Assembly (NCBI GenBank): GCA_902785275.1
Contig: CACZYB010000003.1
Location: 98,602 to 162,601 of the forward strand
Length of the DNA: 64,000 nucleotides
From: an uncultured Pseudomonadota bacterium
GTDB lineage: Bacteria; Pseudomonadota; Alphaproteobacteria; Rs-D84; CACZYB01
Direction: 5' to 3'
Below the pieces are notes generated by a model that was given only the letters and a program-made list of their open reading frames with translations, searched no databases and was not told where the DNA came from. This document shows positions 51,461-61,274 of this stretch, piece by piece (position 1 is the first letter of the stretch; each line of letters starts with the position of its first letter). Made by a program: the position numbers and the translations under genes.

Positions 51461-52591
51461 TTACAACCAATCTTTTATTTTGTCAAAGAAATTTTTTGAA
51501 TCTCCATTCTTTTTTCTTTCTTCTTCAAATTCACGAAGCAATTCTTCCTGACGAGAAGAGAGTTTTGTAGGAGTTTCAACGGTTATATTCAAATACATAT
51601 CACCACGTGTGGATGAATTTATTTCTGTCATACCCTTGCCTTTTAGGCGAAGTTTTTCACCTGTTTGGATACCCTTTGGAATGCGAACTTCGGCCTTTCC
51701 ACCCTCAATGATTGGAACTTCTATTGTTGCGCCAAGAGCAGCTTCACCAAATGAAATAGGAACATTTAGTATTAAATTTCTACCTTCACGAGCAAAAACC
51801 TTGCTTGGACGAACCATTATGTAAACATACAAATCGCCAGACTCATTACCTCCAAGACCAGCTTCACCCTCACCACTTACACGAAGTTTTGTACCGGTAT
51901 CAACACCAGCGGGAATTTTAACTTCTAAGGTTTTGCTTTCAACTTCTATACCAGAACCATTACAGAAACGACATGGGTTTTTGATTATATAACCAGTTCC
52001 ACCACATTCAGGGCAAACTTGCTGGCTCATAAAGAAACCTTGTCTTATATTTATAACACCGGAACCATGACAATGTGGACAGGTTGTTTTGTTTTCACCA
52101 CCCTTTCCACCACAATGTGAACATTTACCATTTCTTCTGAATTGAATTGTTTTTGAAACACCCTTGAATGCTTCTTCAAGAGTTATAACCATATCATAAC
52201 GCAAATCTTGACCACGGTTGCGACTTGCACCACGGCGAGAATTACCACCACCCATAAAATCAGAGAATATATCTGAGAAAATATCGGAGAAACCACCACC
52301 TTCACCGAAATTGAAGTCAAAGCCACCGGCACCAAAACCACCACGACCGGCACCACCCATACCCTGTTCAAATGCAGAATGGCCGAATTGATCATATGCA
52401 GCTTTTTTTTGTGGATCCTTTAAAACTTCATAGGCTTCATTTATTTCTTTAAACTTTTCTTCGGCACTTTTATCCCCAGGGTTACGATCAGGATGGTATT
52501 TCATAGCCATCTTTCGATAAGCCTTTTTTATTTCATCATCAGATGCGCCTTTTGTAACGCCAAGTAAATCATAGTAATCAGCTTTTGCCAT
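51461..52591 (-). CDS. dnaJ: chaperone DnaJ
   Basis: HPD J-domain, G/F-rich region and four CxxCxGxG repeats. Confidence 0.98.
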   Translation of the reverse strand: MAKADYYDLLGVTKGASDDEIKKAYRKMAMKYHPDRNPGDKSAEEKFKEINEAYEVLKDPQKKAAYDQFGHSAFEQGMGGAGRGGFGAGGFDFNFGEGGGFSDIFSDIFSDFMGGGNSRRGASRNRGQDLRYDMVITLEEAFKGVSKTIQFRRNGKCSHCGGKGGENKTTCPHCHGSGVINIRQGFFMSQQVCPECGGTGYIIKNPCRFCNGSGIEVESKTLEVKIPAGVDTGTKLRVSGEGEAGLGGNESGDLYVYIMVRPSKVFAREGRNLILNVPISFGEAALGATIEVPIIEGGKAEVRIPKGIQTGEKLRLKGKGMTEINSSTRGDMYLNITVETPTKLSSRQEELLREFEEERKKNGDSKNFFDKIKDWL

Positions 52592-52676
52592 TTTAAAAAT
52601 ATCCCGATATTTTTTGTACAGGAAGATATATAGTAAATTTATCTTAGAATTTCAAGATGTTTAAGATAACTTTTTC

Positions 52677-53087
52677 CTATCTTTTACCAAGGCCAGTTTT
52701 TTTTGCCAAACTTGAACGTTTTTTTGCATAGTTTGGTGCAACCATTGGGTAATCTTTTGGAAGTCCCCATTTTTCCTTATACTCTGCTTCGGTTATACCA
52801 TATTTTGCCTTTATGTAACGTTTTAACATTTTCAATTTTTTACCATCTTCAAGACAGATGATATAATCTGGTTTCACAGAATCTTTTATATCAACAGATG
52901 GTGCCAAAGCATAGCTTGATGTTTTATTGGATATAGAGACAAGATTTGAGTAAACTGTTTCCATTATATTTGTTATTTTATCCTCATCAACCTTGTTATT
53001 ACTGAAATATCCAGCAACAATTTTTGCGGTTGCATCAATGATCGTCTTTTGAATAGTTTCTGATAAAATTTTGTTTTGTTCTGTCAT
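52677..53087 (-). CDS. mucR: MucR/Ros family nucleoid-associated regulator
   Basis: SVKPDYIICLEDGKKLKMLKR, KWGLPKDYPMVAPNY and GLG; GGAG RBS before ATG 53087. Confidence 0.93.
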   Translation of the reverse strand: MTEQNKILSETIQKTIIDATAKIVAGYFSNNKVDEDKITNIMETVYSNLVSISNKTSSYALAPSVDIKDSVKPDYIICLEDGKKLKMLKRYIKAKYGITEAEYKEKWGLPKDYPMVAPNYAKKRSSLAKKTGLGKR

Positions 53088-53171
53088 GCTTTTCTCCAAA
53101 TATAATAATTTTTCCCTTGTATTATAACAGAATTTGAAGTAAAAGTAAAAGGTAAAAATAAGAGGTGTTTT

Positions 53172-54434
53172 ATGTTTTTAGAATCTTTTTGGAGCAAATT
53201 TAGTTTTGATTTACTTCCAACATTGCCAATTGAATTGAGTTTTGGCTCGGTATTACTTTTATTTATGTTTTCAATGTTTCCTTCTTACGTTGCTTATGCA
53301 AGGCAATTAATGCAAAGAAAATGGATTTATTCTTTTTCATTTATTGATTTTACAATATTTTATTTTTGCTTTTTCGTTAATGTAGAAGATTTTTATTTCG
53401 ACAGAGGTGATTTAACAATATTTGCAAAGACCCTTTATATAATTTTGTTTTTGGGTTCTATTATCGATTTGGAAGACAAAAAATCATATCCTTATAGAAA
53501 AAAATCATTTGTAAAGAAATATATTTCACATCCAATTGAATCTTTTATTTCTCACTTTTTTTATTTTATATTCAAAATTCTTCCTGTGGAATGGGCATCA
53601 TGGATTGGTGGAAAAATTGGTGTGTTACTTGGAAAAACACAAAAAAGATATAATAAACTTATGGATGCAAACCTTAAGATTGCTTTTCCAAGGAAAAGTG
53701 CCACAGAAAAAGAAAAAATTAAACATGATGTTTGGGAAATGATGGGAAGGTATACTGCAGAACCATCTCACTTTAAATCTATTTTCAGAAATTATAAAAA
53801 GTATCTTACTTTTGTAAATGATGATATTTTGGATGAATTAAAAGATAAACCTTATGTCGCATTTATTTCTCATTCTGGAACAATGGGATTGATTGCTATA
53901 CCTTTTGCTTTGCATAAGGCTCCTTGCTCTATACTTTATAAATTTCCAAGTAATAACCTTACAAACAACCTTGTAACAAGAAGTTTTGGTAATGGTATTG
54001 GTACATTAAAGTTTGTTCCAAACACTGCAAATGGAACAAGAGATGCAATGAAAATTCTTTTGAACGGAAGTGCTATGCTTGCCGTACCTGACCAAAAGTT
54101 TCAAACTGGAATTCCAACAAAATTCTTTGGTGCAAAGGTAAAAAGTCCTGTTGGTGTAGCAAAGCTTGCTTCTCACTTTAACTGCCCTATACTTCCTATA
54201 CAAATAGTAAGGGAACATGGACTTCATCATAAAATTATTTTCCATGATACTTTTATGCCTTTTAAATCAAAAGACAAAGAAGCAGATGCAATAAAGACAA
54301 CCCAAAAAATAAATGATATTATTGAAGGTTGGATAAAGGAAAATCCTTCTCAATGGTTTTGGGTTCATGACAGATGGAATATTAAAAGCAAGATAGGTGA
54401 TAAAAATGCAAAATCAAAAGACAATAAAAAATAG
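53172..54434 (+). CDS. LpxL/HtrB-family lipid A acyltransferase-like protein with an extra N-terminal membrane domain
   Basis: NLKIAFP, PDQK, FFG and ENPSQWFWVHDRW; overlaps lpxC. Confidence 0.8.
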   Translation: MFLESFWSKFSFDLLPTLPIELSFGSVLLLFMFSMFPSYVAYARQLMQRKWIYSFSFIDFTIFYFCFFVNVEDFYFDRGDLTIFAKTLYIILFLGSIIDLEDKKSYPYRKKSFVKKYISHPIESFISHFFYFIFKILPVEWASWIGGKIGVLLGKTQKRYNKLMDANLKIAFPRKSATEKEKIKHDVWEMMGRYTAEPSHFKSIFRNYKKYLTFVNDDILDELKDKPYVAFISHSGTMGLIAIPFALHKAPCSILYKFPSNNLTNNLVTRSFGNGIGTLKFVPNTANGTRDAMKILLNGSAMLAVPDQKFQTGIPTKFFGAKVKSPVGVAKLASHFNCPILPIQIVREHGLHHKIIFHDTFMPFKSKDKEADAIKTTQKINDIIEGWIKENPSQWFWVHDRWNIKSKIGDKNAKSKDNKK

Positions 54435-55263
54435 TTTGGTTTTTACAGGTATCGGTCAACATAAGGGTACTTTGAATACTATTGAACTTTTTCCTCAAGA
54501 TATTGATACCGGTATTGTTTTTGAAATAAAGGGTAAAGAATACCAACTTAACCTTAACAATGTTTTCGGGGAAACAGGATATACTTGTATTGGTGAAAAA
54601 GATGGTGTGAACGTAAAAACTATTGAACATTTGGTTTCAAGTTTGCATGGTCTTGGGATTGATAATTTACTTATAAAAACAGAGTCAGAGGAAATTCCTA
54701 TACAGGACGGCTCAGCACTTCCTTTACTTAAAGAAATAGAAGAAAAAGCCGGCTTTTTTATACAAAATGCTCCGAAAAAAGCGATTAAGATACTTAAAAA
54801 AGTTGAATATCATGATGAAAAAGGAGATGTTTCTATTGAACCTTCAGATAAGGGACTTTTGACACTTGATGTTACAATTGATTACAGTGGTATAAAGCCA
54901 ATTGGTATTGAACATGAGGTTATAGATTTAACCGAAGAAAACTATCGTTCAAAAATTTGTATGGCACGTACTTTTGCCCGTATGAGTGATGTTGAATATC
55001 TTCATTCAAAAGGTCTTTGCCTTGGTGCAACACTTAAAAGTGGTGTTGCAGTTGATGAAGAAAAAATCATCAATCCAGAAGGTCTTCGCGAGGAAAATGA
55101 ATTTGTTTTCCATAAGATACTTGATGCTATCGGAGATTTGTATGTTATGGGTCATCCAATAATCGGACTTTATAAAAACAGTCGCGGTGGACATTTCCAC
55201 AACAACCAACTTGTTCGTGCTGTTATGTCAGATAGTTCTAATTATGAAATAGTGGAGCTTTAA
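54406..55263 (+). CDS. lpxC: UDP-3-O-acyl-GlcNAc deacetylase
   Basis: TIEH, EIPIQDGSA, ARTF, HKILDAIGDL and GGH. Confidence 0.95.
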   Translation: MQNQKTIKNSLVFTGIGQHKGTLNTIELFPQDIDTGIVFEIKGKEYQLNLNNVFGETGYTCIGEKDGVNVKTIEHLVSSLHGLGIDNLLIKTESEEIPIQDGSALPLLKEIEEKAGFFIQNAPKKAIKILKKVEYHDEKGDVSIEPSDKGLLTLDVTIDYSGIKPIGIEHEVIDLTEENYRSKICMARTFARMSDVEYLHSKGLCLGATLKSGVAVDEEKIINPEGLREENEFVFHKILDAIGDLYVMGHPIIGLYKNSRGGHFHNNQLVRAVMSDSSNYEIVEL

Positions 55264-55266
55264 TTT

Positions 55267-55740
55267 ATGCTTATAATGGGAATTGATCCTGGGTTAAGGA
55301 ATACAGGTTGGGGAGTAGTAGACTTTTCCAATAATCAATTCACCCATATCGCAAACGGAACATTAAAGATTTCGGATAAGGGAACTTTGCCGGAAAGACT
55401 TTCCGAAATATACACAAAGCTTACCGAAGTTTTGAAAAAATATCAGCCAGAAGAAGTGGCGGTCGAGGAAGTTTTTGTGAATGTTAATCCTTCGTCCACA
55501 CTTAAACTTGGGCAAGCCAGAGGTGTGGCAATCTTAACACCATCACTTTTGGGAATTAGTGTTTTTGAATATTCGCCAAACCTTATCAAAAAATCGGTGG
55601 TGGGAGTTGGTCATGCCACAAAGGAACAAATACAAATGATGGTTGGAATTTTGCTTAATAAACCAAAAATTGATTCCGAACATTCTGGCGATGCCTTGGC
55701 TATGGCGATATGTCATGCGCATAACAGGAAGAAATGGTAA
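55267..55740 (+). CDS. ruvC: Holliday junction resolvase RuvC
   Basis: GIDPG, EEVF, KLGQARG and DALAMAICH. Confidence 0.97.
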   Translation: MLIMGIDPGLRNTGWGVVDFSNNQFTHIANGTLKISDKGTLPERLSEIYTKLTEVLKKYQPEEVAVEEVFVNVNPSSTLKLGQARGVAILTPSLLGISVFEYSPNLIKKSVVGVGHATKEQIQMMVGILLNKPKIDSEHSGDALAMAICHAHNRKKW

Positions 55741-55758
55741 TAAATAAAGGATACTTAA

Positions 55759-56295
55759 ATGACTAAAAATGTTTTAATTATTTCATCAAGTCCTCGTAAA
55801 AATGGAAATTCAGATTTACTTTGTAATGAATTTATGAAGGGAGTCGTTGAGGCAGGACACAATGTCGAAAAAATCCGCCTTTCCGATTACAAAATAAATT
55901 TCTGTCAGGCATGCTATGTTTGTAAAACAAAGGGTAAATGTTTTCAAAATGATGATATGGAAAAAATTTTGGAAAAAATTGATAATGCAGATACTATTGT
56001 TCTTGCAACACCTGTATACTTTTATTGTATGAGTGCACAACTTAAAACTATGATAGACAGGACCGTTGGCAAATATCCAATCAAAGGTAAAGAATTTTAC
56101 TATATAATCACATCCACAAATTCAGAAAAAAAGAATGTTGAAAAAGTAATTGATGCACTTCGTGGGTTTGCGATTGATTGTACAAAAGATTCAAAAGAAT
56201 GTGGTGTAATTTACGGTATTGGTGCGTCTGCAAAGGGTGATATTGAAAAAACACCTGCATTCAAAGAAGCTTTTGAAATGGGAAAAAGAGTTTAA
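55759..56295 (+). CDS. flavodoxin-family iron-sulfur flavoprotein
   Basis: SPRKNGNS, CQACYVC....C, TPVYF and LKTMIDR. Confidence 0.88.
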   Translation: MTKNVLIISSSPRKNGNSDLLCNEFMKGVVEAGHNVEKIRLSDYKINFCQACYVCKTKGKCFQNDDMEKILEKIDNADTIVLATPVYFYCMSAQLKTMIDRTVGKYPIKGKEFYYIITSTNSEKKNVEKVIDALRGFAIDCTKDSKECGVIYGIGASAKGDIEKTPAFKEAFEMGKRV

Positions 56296-56314
56296 TTATT
56301 CTTAAAAAAATGAT

Positions 56315-56349
56315 AAAAAAGCCGGCTTTTGAAAAATTGCTGGCTTTTA
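56315..56349. terminator. terminator hairpin after the flavoprotein gene
   Basis: aaaagccggc...gctggctttt. Confidence 0.55.
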
Positions 56350-56387
56350 TTTTTGCAAAAGGGTATACTTGTTTTATGGAGGAAGAA

Positions 56388-57113
56388 ATGGCAAAATCAA
56401 ATATTATAATTGGCGGGTTAGTCCCATTTACAACAATTGATTATCCAACAAAAATTTCGGCAGTTTTGTTTTTACAGGGGTGCCCATGGCGATGCATTTA
56501 TTGTTCCAATCCACACTTGTTTGCTTTTCGTAAACAAACTGAACAGGACAAGGCAAATTATGAATACGTTCTTGAACTTTTGAAAAAAAGGGTAAAAATT
56601 ATTGATGCAGTTGTGTTCAGTGGTGGTGAAGCAACAGCACAGGCTGATGAAATAATTTCGTGTATCGAAGATATCAAAGAGTTTGCACCACATTATAAAT
56701 TTGGGCTTCATACCAACGGATGTTTTCCGGAAAAGCTTTCGAAAGTTCTTCCTTACATTGATTGGGTGGGGTTGGATATAAAGGCTCCATGCAAAAAGTA
56801 TGAACAAATTACAACAATAAAGAGAAGTGGAGAATTCGCATTCGAATCGTTGGAAATTCTTATCAAAAGTGGAAAAAATTTTGAGGTAAGAACAACTGCG
56901 GATCCAACCGTACTTACAAAAGACGATATATTAGAGATTGCCGAAACAGTGGCAAAAGCCGGCGTTAAGCATTATGCCGTACAACGTTATAGACCTGTTG
57001 ATAGGGATAATTTAAATAATCCACCAGCACAAATGATTACACAATTTTTTACAGACAAGGAATTTGAAGAAAAGCTTCGTGCAATAGTTCCAGAATTGGA
57101 AATGAGATTTTAG
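56388..57113 (+). CDS. nrdG: anaerobic ribonucleoside-triphosphate reductase activating radical-SAM protein
   Basis: TTIDYP, GCPWRCIYCSN, FSGGEAT, LHTNG, GLDIKA and EVRTT; GGAGG RBS before ATG 56388. Confidence 0.85.
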   Translation: MAKSNIIIGGLVPFTTIDYPTKISAVLFLQGCPWRCIYCSNPHLFAFRKQTEQDKANYEYVLELLKKRVKIIDAVVFSGGEATAQADEIISCIEDIKEFAPHYKFGLHTNGCFPEKLSKVLPYIDWVGLDIKAPCKKYEQITTIKRSGEFAFESLEILIKSGKNFEVRTTADPTVLTKDDILEIAETVAKAGVKHYAVQRYRPVDRDNLNNPPAQMITQFFTDKEFEEKLRAIVPELEMRF

Positions 57114-57255
57114 TTTTATGGGCTGGATGGATTTTTCATAAATATATTATACTCTGTGAAATTAGCCAAGCACGAATCGAGTGTGGATAAAAATATATTT
57201 AATAATATCTTTACAACTTTGGCTTTTTAATATATAAACTTTGTATCTTGATTTT

Positions 57256-57329
57256 GCGGGTGTAACTCAGTGGTAGAGTGCTTGCTTCCCAAGCAAGATA
57301 TGAGGGTTCGATTCCCTTCATCCGCTCCA
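57256..57329 (+). tRNA. tRNA-Gly(CCC)
   Basis: GCGGGTG/CATCCGC acceptor stem, CTTGC-TTCCCAA-GCAAG anticodon arm, GTTCGATTC T-loop and encoded CCA. Confidence 0.96.
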
Positions 57330-57406
57330 ATCTTTTTTTAGATTTTTTTCGTGTTGATTTTGATTCGCCTTAATGGTACGATTATTCCATTTAAACGAGG
57401 TATATT

Positions 57407-58672
57407 ATGAAAGATGTTAAAATAACAAAGCTTGAAAATGGATTGGTGGTTGCAACCGACTTTAACCCTTCGATTGAAACTGTATTTTGTGGGGTGTGGG
57501 CTGGTGTTGGTTCCAGAAATGAAACAAAGGAATTGAATGGTATTTCTCATTTCTTGGAACATATGGCATTTAAGGGAACAACGACCAAGTCATACAAAGA
57601 TATTGCCGAAACAATAGAAGATATTGGTGGCGATATAAATGCCTATACATCAAAGGATCATACTTTCTTTTATACCAAAACATTAAAAGAGTATTTGGAA
57701 ACAAGTATTGATATTCTTTCCGATATTATTCAAAACTCTGTTTTTGATGAGGTGGAAACATCAAAGGAAAGAAATGTTATTTTACAGGAATATTACAGCT
57801 CTTTGGATACTCCAGATGATATAATTTATGATTATTACAGTGAAACAGCATATCCGAATCAACCACTTGGTCGTGGAATTTTAGGCACAGATGAAACTAT
57901 ACGTTCTATTACTCCGGCTATGCTTAAATCTTATATAAAGACAAATTACTGTGCTGATAAACTTTATCTTGTTGTGTCGGGAAATTTTGATGAAGATAAA
58001 GTAATAGAGCTTGCAAAAAAATATTTTACAAATCTTACTCCGGCAGGAACTTGCCCTAACCCTTCTGCAAAATATGAAGGTGGATATTTTATTAAGAATA
58101 AAGATTTGGAACAAGTTCATTTTATGCTTGGGTTCGAGGCGGCGAATCTTTTTGATAGGAAGGAAGTTTTTTGTGAAAACATTCTTTGCAACACTTTGGG
58201 TGGAGGAATGTCTTCACGACTTTTTCAAGAGGTACGTGAAAAACATAACCTTGTTTACACAATATATTCCAGTGTGACAAACTATTCTGATACTGGACAT
58301 TTCTATATATACACTTCTACTGTACAGGAAAAAATTAACAAGGTGATTGATGCAACAGTTGGCGAGATTTTGAAAATCACTGACGGTATTACAGAACAAG
58401 AGCTTAACAGAGCAAAGATTAGCTATAAATCAAGTGTATTGATGAGCTTGGAAAACTCTAATGCCAGAGCAAGGGTACTTGGTCGACAGATGCAACATTT
58501 CGGAAAGCATATTCCTTTTGCGGAATCGATTGAACTTATAAATTCACTTTCGTTGGATGATATAAAAAAGACTGCACAGCGAATCTTTTCATCAAAGATT
58601 ACTGTGGCTGGGCTTGGAAAATGTGAAGGAATTTATGATTTTGAAAAAATAAAATCTAAGTTTTCGAAATAA
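57407..58672 (+). CDS. M16B (pitrilysin/MPP-like) peptidase
   Basis: GISHFLEHMAFKG, NAYTS and LGGGMSSRLFQEVREK. Confidence 0.94.
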   Translation: MKDVKITKLENGLVVATDFNPSIETVFCGVWAGVGSRNETKELNGISHFLEHMAFKGTTTKSYKDIAETIEDIGGDINAYTSKDHTFFYTKTLKEYLETSIDILSDIIQNSVFDEVETSKERNVILQEYYSSLDTPDDIIYDYYSETAYPNQPLGRGILGTDETIRSITPAMLKSYIKTNYCADKLYLVVSGNFDEDKVIELAKKYFTNLTPAGTCPNPSAKYEGGYFIKNKDLEQVHFMLGFEAANLFDRKEVFCENILCNTLGGGMSSRLFQEVREKHNLVYTIYSSVTNYSDTGHFYIYTSTVQEKINKVIDATVGEILKITDGITEQELNRAKISYKSSVLMSLENSNARARVLGRQMQHFGKHIPFAESIELINSLSLDDIKKTAQRIFSSKITVAGLGKCEGIYDFEKIKSKFSK

Positions 58673-58701
58673 TTGAAATAAAAAAATATTTATGCTATAA
58701 T
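58673..58701 (+). promoter_or_regulatory. near-consensus sigma70 promoter with extended -10
   Basis: TTGAAA-17 nt-TATAAT with TGn before the -10. Confidence 0.55.
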
Positions 58702-58725
58702 TGATGCCATAGAAGGAGATTTTTT

Positions 58726-59733
58726 ATGGCAGAGGTAAGACAGATTCCGTTGGATGAGTATGAATCAATGAAGAAATCTTATGGTTTCTCTGATGACCAA
58801 ATGAAATCTATTATTGGTGTTGAACCTTTTGCAAAAAGGTGGGCCGATGGTTATGGTGAAAGCCGTAATAAGGAAGTTGATGAGGTAAAACTTAAACACC
58901 AAAAGTTGGTTGAGGAGATAAATAAAAAACTTAAAAATCAAAATTCATCTTCGGAAAATTCTGTAAAAACTGAATCTCCTGTAAATAAAGTTGTTGAGGA
59001 AATTAAGACTCAGGAAAGTAAAACTTCGGCTGAGACTTATACTCCAAAAGAAGAACCAGTAAAGGTTGAAGAACAAACTGTTGAAACTGTGGTTGCTGAC
59101 ACTCCTTCATTTGAAATACCCACAGAAGAAACAGTAACGGCAGAGGAACCTTCTTTATCATTCTATATTCCAACATTCGAACCGGTACAGGAACAGGAAG
59201 AAGCTCAATCATTTGACGTGCCATCCTTTGAACCGGTGGAAATGGAAGCTCCATCATTTGAACCAGCTACACAAGATGTTCCTTCGTTTGAAATGCCTGT
59301 AACTGAACCGGCAAAGGAAGAAAATGTTCAATCTTTTGATACACCAACATTCGAAACACTACCAGAAGAAGATCAACCATTTGATGCACCCGCATTTGAA
59401 CCGGTACCTGAATTTACTGCATCAAAAGAAAACAATGTTGTTGAACGAACAGAAGAAGTTGTTGATATAAAATCCGAAGTCAAAGCAGAAAAGATTGAAG
59501 AAACATCAGCGACTGTATTTTCTTCTCCTATTTTCAATAATCCAATTGAAAGAGAAGAAGAAGAATTGGTTATTGCTCCTACAAAAGTTGAAATGCAGGA
59601 TGAAAACTCGATTGAAAGAGAAAAAGCAGCAGAAAATTTACGAAACAAAATGTTCGAAATGGGTCAAAAAAAGTTACTTGAGTTGATAAAATCTGATTAT
59701 GAACAACTTAACGGACCTGATTTTTCACGTTAA
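58726..59733 (+). CDS. acidic, largely disordered protein with (D/E)xP(S/T/A)FE repeats
   Basis: AAGGAG RBS and its own promoter; E/P-rich centre with about 7 repeats. Confidence 0.8.
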   Translation: MAEVRQIPLDEYESMKKSYGFSDDQMKSIIGVEPFAKRWADGYGESRNKEVDEVKLKHQKLVEEINKKLKNQNSSSENSVKTESPVNKVVEEIKTQESKTSAETYTPKEEPVKVEEQTVETVVADTPSFEIPTEETVTAEEPSLSFYIPTFEPVQEQEEAQSFDVPSFEPVEMEAPSFEPATQDVPSFEMPVTEPAKEENVQSFDTPTFETLPEEDQPFDAPAFEPVPEFTASKENNVVERTEEVVDIKSEVKAEKIEETSATVFSSPIFNNPIEREEEELVIAPTKVEMQDENSIEREKAAENLRNKMFEMGQKKLLELIKSDYEQLNGPDFSR

Positions 59734-59827
59734 TTTATTTTCTTTACATTGACCTTTTTTTAGGATAAGATTCTTAAATAACAGGATGGAAATCTTGTAT
59801 GTTTAACTAAAAAATAGGAGATATAAT

Positions 59828-60532
59828 ATGAAAAAAATATCAATATTATCAATGCTCGCTGTATTAGCTGTTTCAACTGCTGCAAGTGCACACGTAGAAG
59901 ATCCTCTTTATGCACCTGCAAAAGGACATCTTTATTCAAAGAGTTCTCTTTCAAAAGCTGATACAACTTATGTTTTACAACAAAAGTTTGGTTATGGTTT
60001 TACAAACAAATTCGTAATGGATGGTTATGTAAACTATGTTGACCAAGATAAAGATGATGGTAAAGATGGCTTCGGTGCATTAAATATTGGTGGTGCATAC
60101 AGACTTTCAGCTGGTTATTTAATTACAGATGTTTACGCTCATTATGAAAAATCTATCGATGAAGATGTTTGGGGTGATTACACTGCATGGGATGCTGGTT
60201 TGAAAACTGGTAGAAGAACACAAAAATATACTATTGCTGCACAAGCAGGTGTTGAACATTTATCTATCAAAGATGGTAACGATACAAACAACATAGTTCT
60301 TGGTTTAGAAGGAGCTCATTCATTTGATGATCGTGTATCTGGAAGCCTTGGACTTAAGTATACAATCGTTGATGATTTCAATAGAGAAAATGGTACAGAT
60401 GAAGACACAATGGCTTTGACTGCACAAATCAACTATTTGAAGGGTGGTCTATGGTCATTGGCATATACTCATGAATTAAAAGCTGAAGATGTTGATAATG
60501 TTATCACTCTTAAATATGGTCTTCAATTCTAA
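59828..60532 (+). CDS. outer-membrane beta-barrel protein
   Basis: Signal peptide (ASA|H), alternating beta-strand pattern and C-terminal YGLQF (BAM signal). Confidence 0.8.
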   Translation: MKKISILSMLAVLAVSTAASAHVEDPLYAPAKGHLYSKSSLSKADTTYVLQQKFGYGFTNKFVMDGYVNYVDQDKDDGKDGFGALNIGGAYRLSAGYLITDVYAHYEKSIDEDVWGDYTAWDAGLKTGRRTQKYTIAAQAGVEHLSIKDGNDTNNIVLGLEGAHSFDDRVSGSLGLKYTIVDDFNRENGTDEDTMALTAQINYLKGGLWSLAYTHELKAEDVDNVITLKYGLQF

Positions 60533-60550
60533 TACCTATATTTAGGATAT

Positions 60551-60583
60551 AAAAATTTCCCTACCTTTTGGTGGGGATTTTTT
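60551..60583. terminator. bidirectional terminator
   Basis: tccctacc-tttt-ggtgggga stem flanked by A and T runs. Confidence 0.65.
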
Positions 60584-61178
60584 ATTTAGCTTCTATTTCA
60601 ATTATTGTTTCATCAATAGCTTTCTTAATATCTGTAGTTTTTTCTTCGGGTGTTTTATTCATAATGCCACCAAAGAAAATATGCTTAATCCTTTTGAATC
60701 CACAAAAGGCAAAAATACCTTCATCAGTTACTTTCTTTATTGCGTTATAATAGCCGGCTTTTTCGTAAAAATCGTATGGTGAACCATTGGAATTTATAAT
60801 TACCGCACGTTTATCAGTTAAAAGACCTACAACCTTATTTCCCTTATACATATATGCGAAACCATATGAAAATACGCGATCAATATATCCTTTTATAATT
60901 GCTGGACTTCCCGCCCACCAAATAGGATAAATAAAAATTATAATGTCGGCATTTTTGATAAATTCGTGTTCACGCCTTATATCATCTGGAATTTCATTAT
61001 TATGAAATTTGGATAAATCATCAGAAGACAATAATGGATTAAAACTTACTTCGTATAAATCTCTGACTAAAACATTATGTCCCCTTTCCTTTAGTGCGAA
61101 AACAAGCTTTTCTTTTAATGAAAAGTTAAAACTGTTTGGTGTTTTGGGATGACCGTAAATAAGTAAAATATTTGCCAT
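60582..61178 (-). CDS. NAD(P)H:quinone oxidoreductase (Flavodoxin_2 family)
   Basis: GHP..SFN, RDLY, YPIWW and PAIIKGYIDRVF..GFAY. The start is 61178 or 61184. Confidence 0.9.
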   Translation of the reverse strand: MANILLIYGHPKTPNSFNFSLKEKLVFALKERGHNVLVRDLYEVSFNPLLSSDDLSKFHNNEIPDDIRREHEFIKNADIIIFIYPIWWAGSPAIIKGYIDRVFSYGFAYMYKGNKVVGLLTDKRAVIINSNGSPYDFYEKAGYYNAIKKVTDEGIFAFCGFKRIKHIFFGGIMNKTPEEKTTDIKKAIDETIIEIEAK

Positions 61179-61274
61179 AATCATTTCCTCCTTCGATGAA
61201 ATACTATCACAAAATTCACAACTATTCTATGAGAACAAAATCACAAGAATTTAATGGAAATTATGATGGAGAAA

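Noticed and set aside
59098-59403. Nucleotide repeats as a CRISPR array
   Set aside because: They are degenerate, in-frame coding repeats, with no constant repeat-spacer periodicity and no cas genes.
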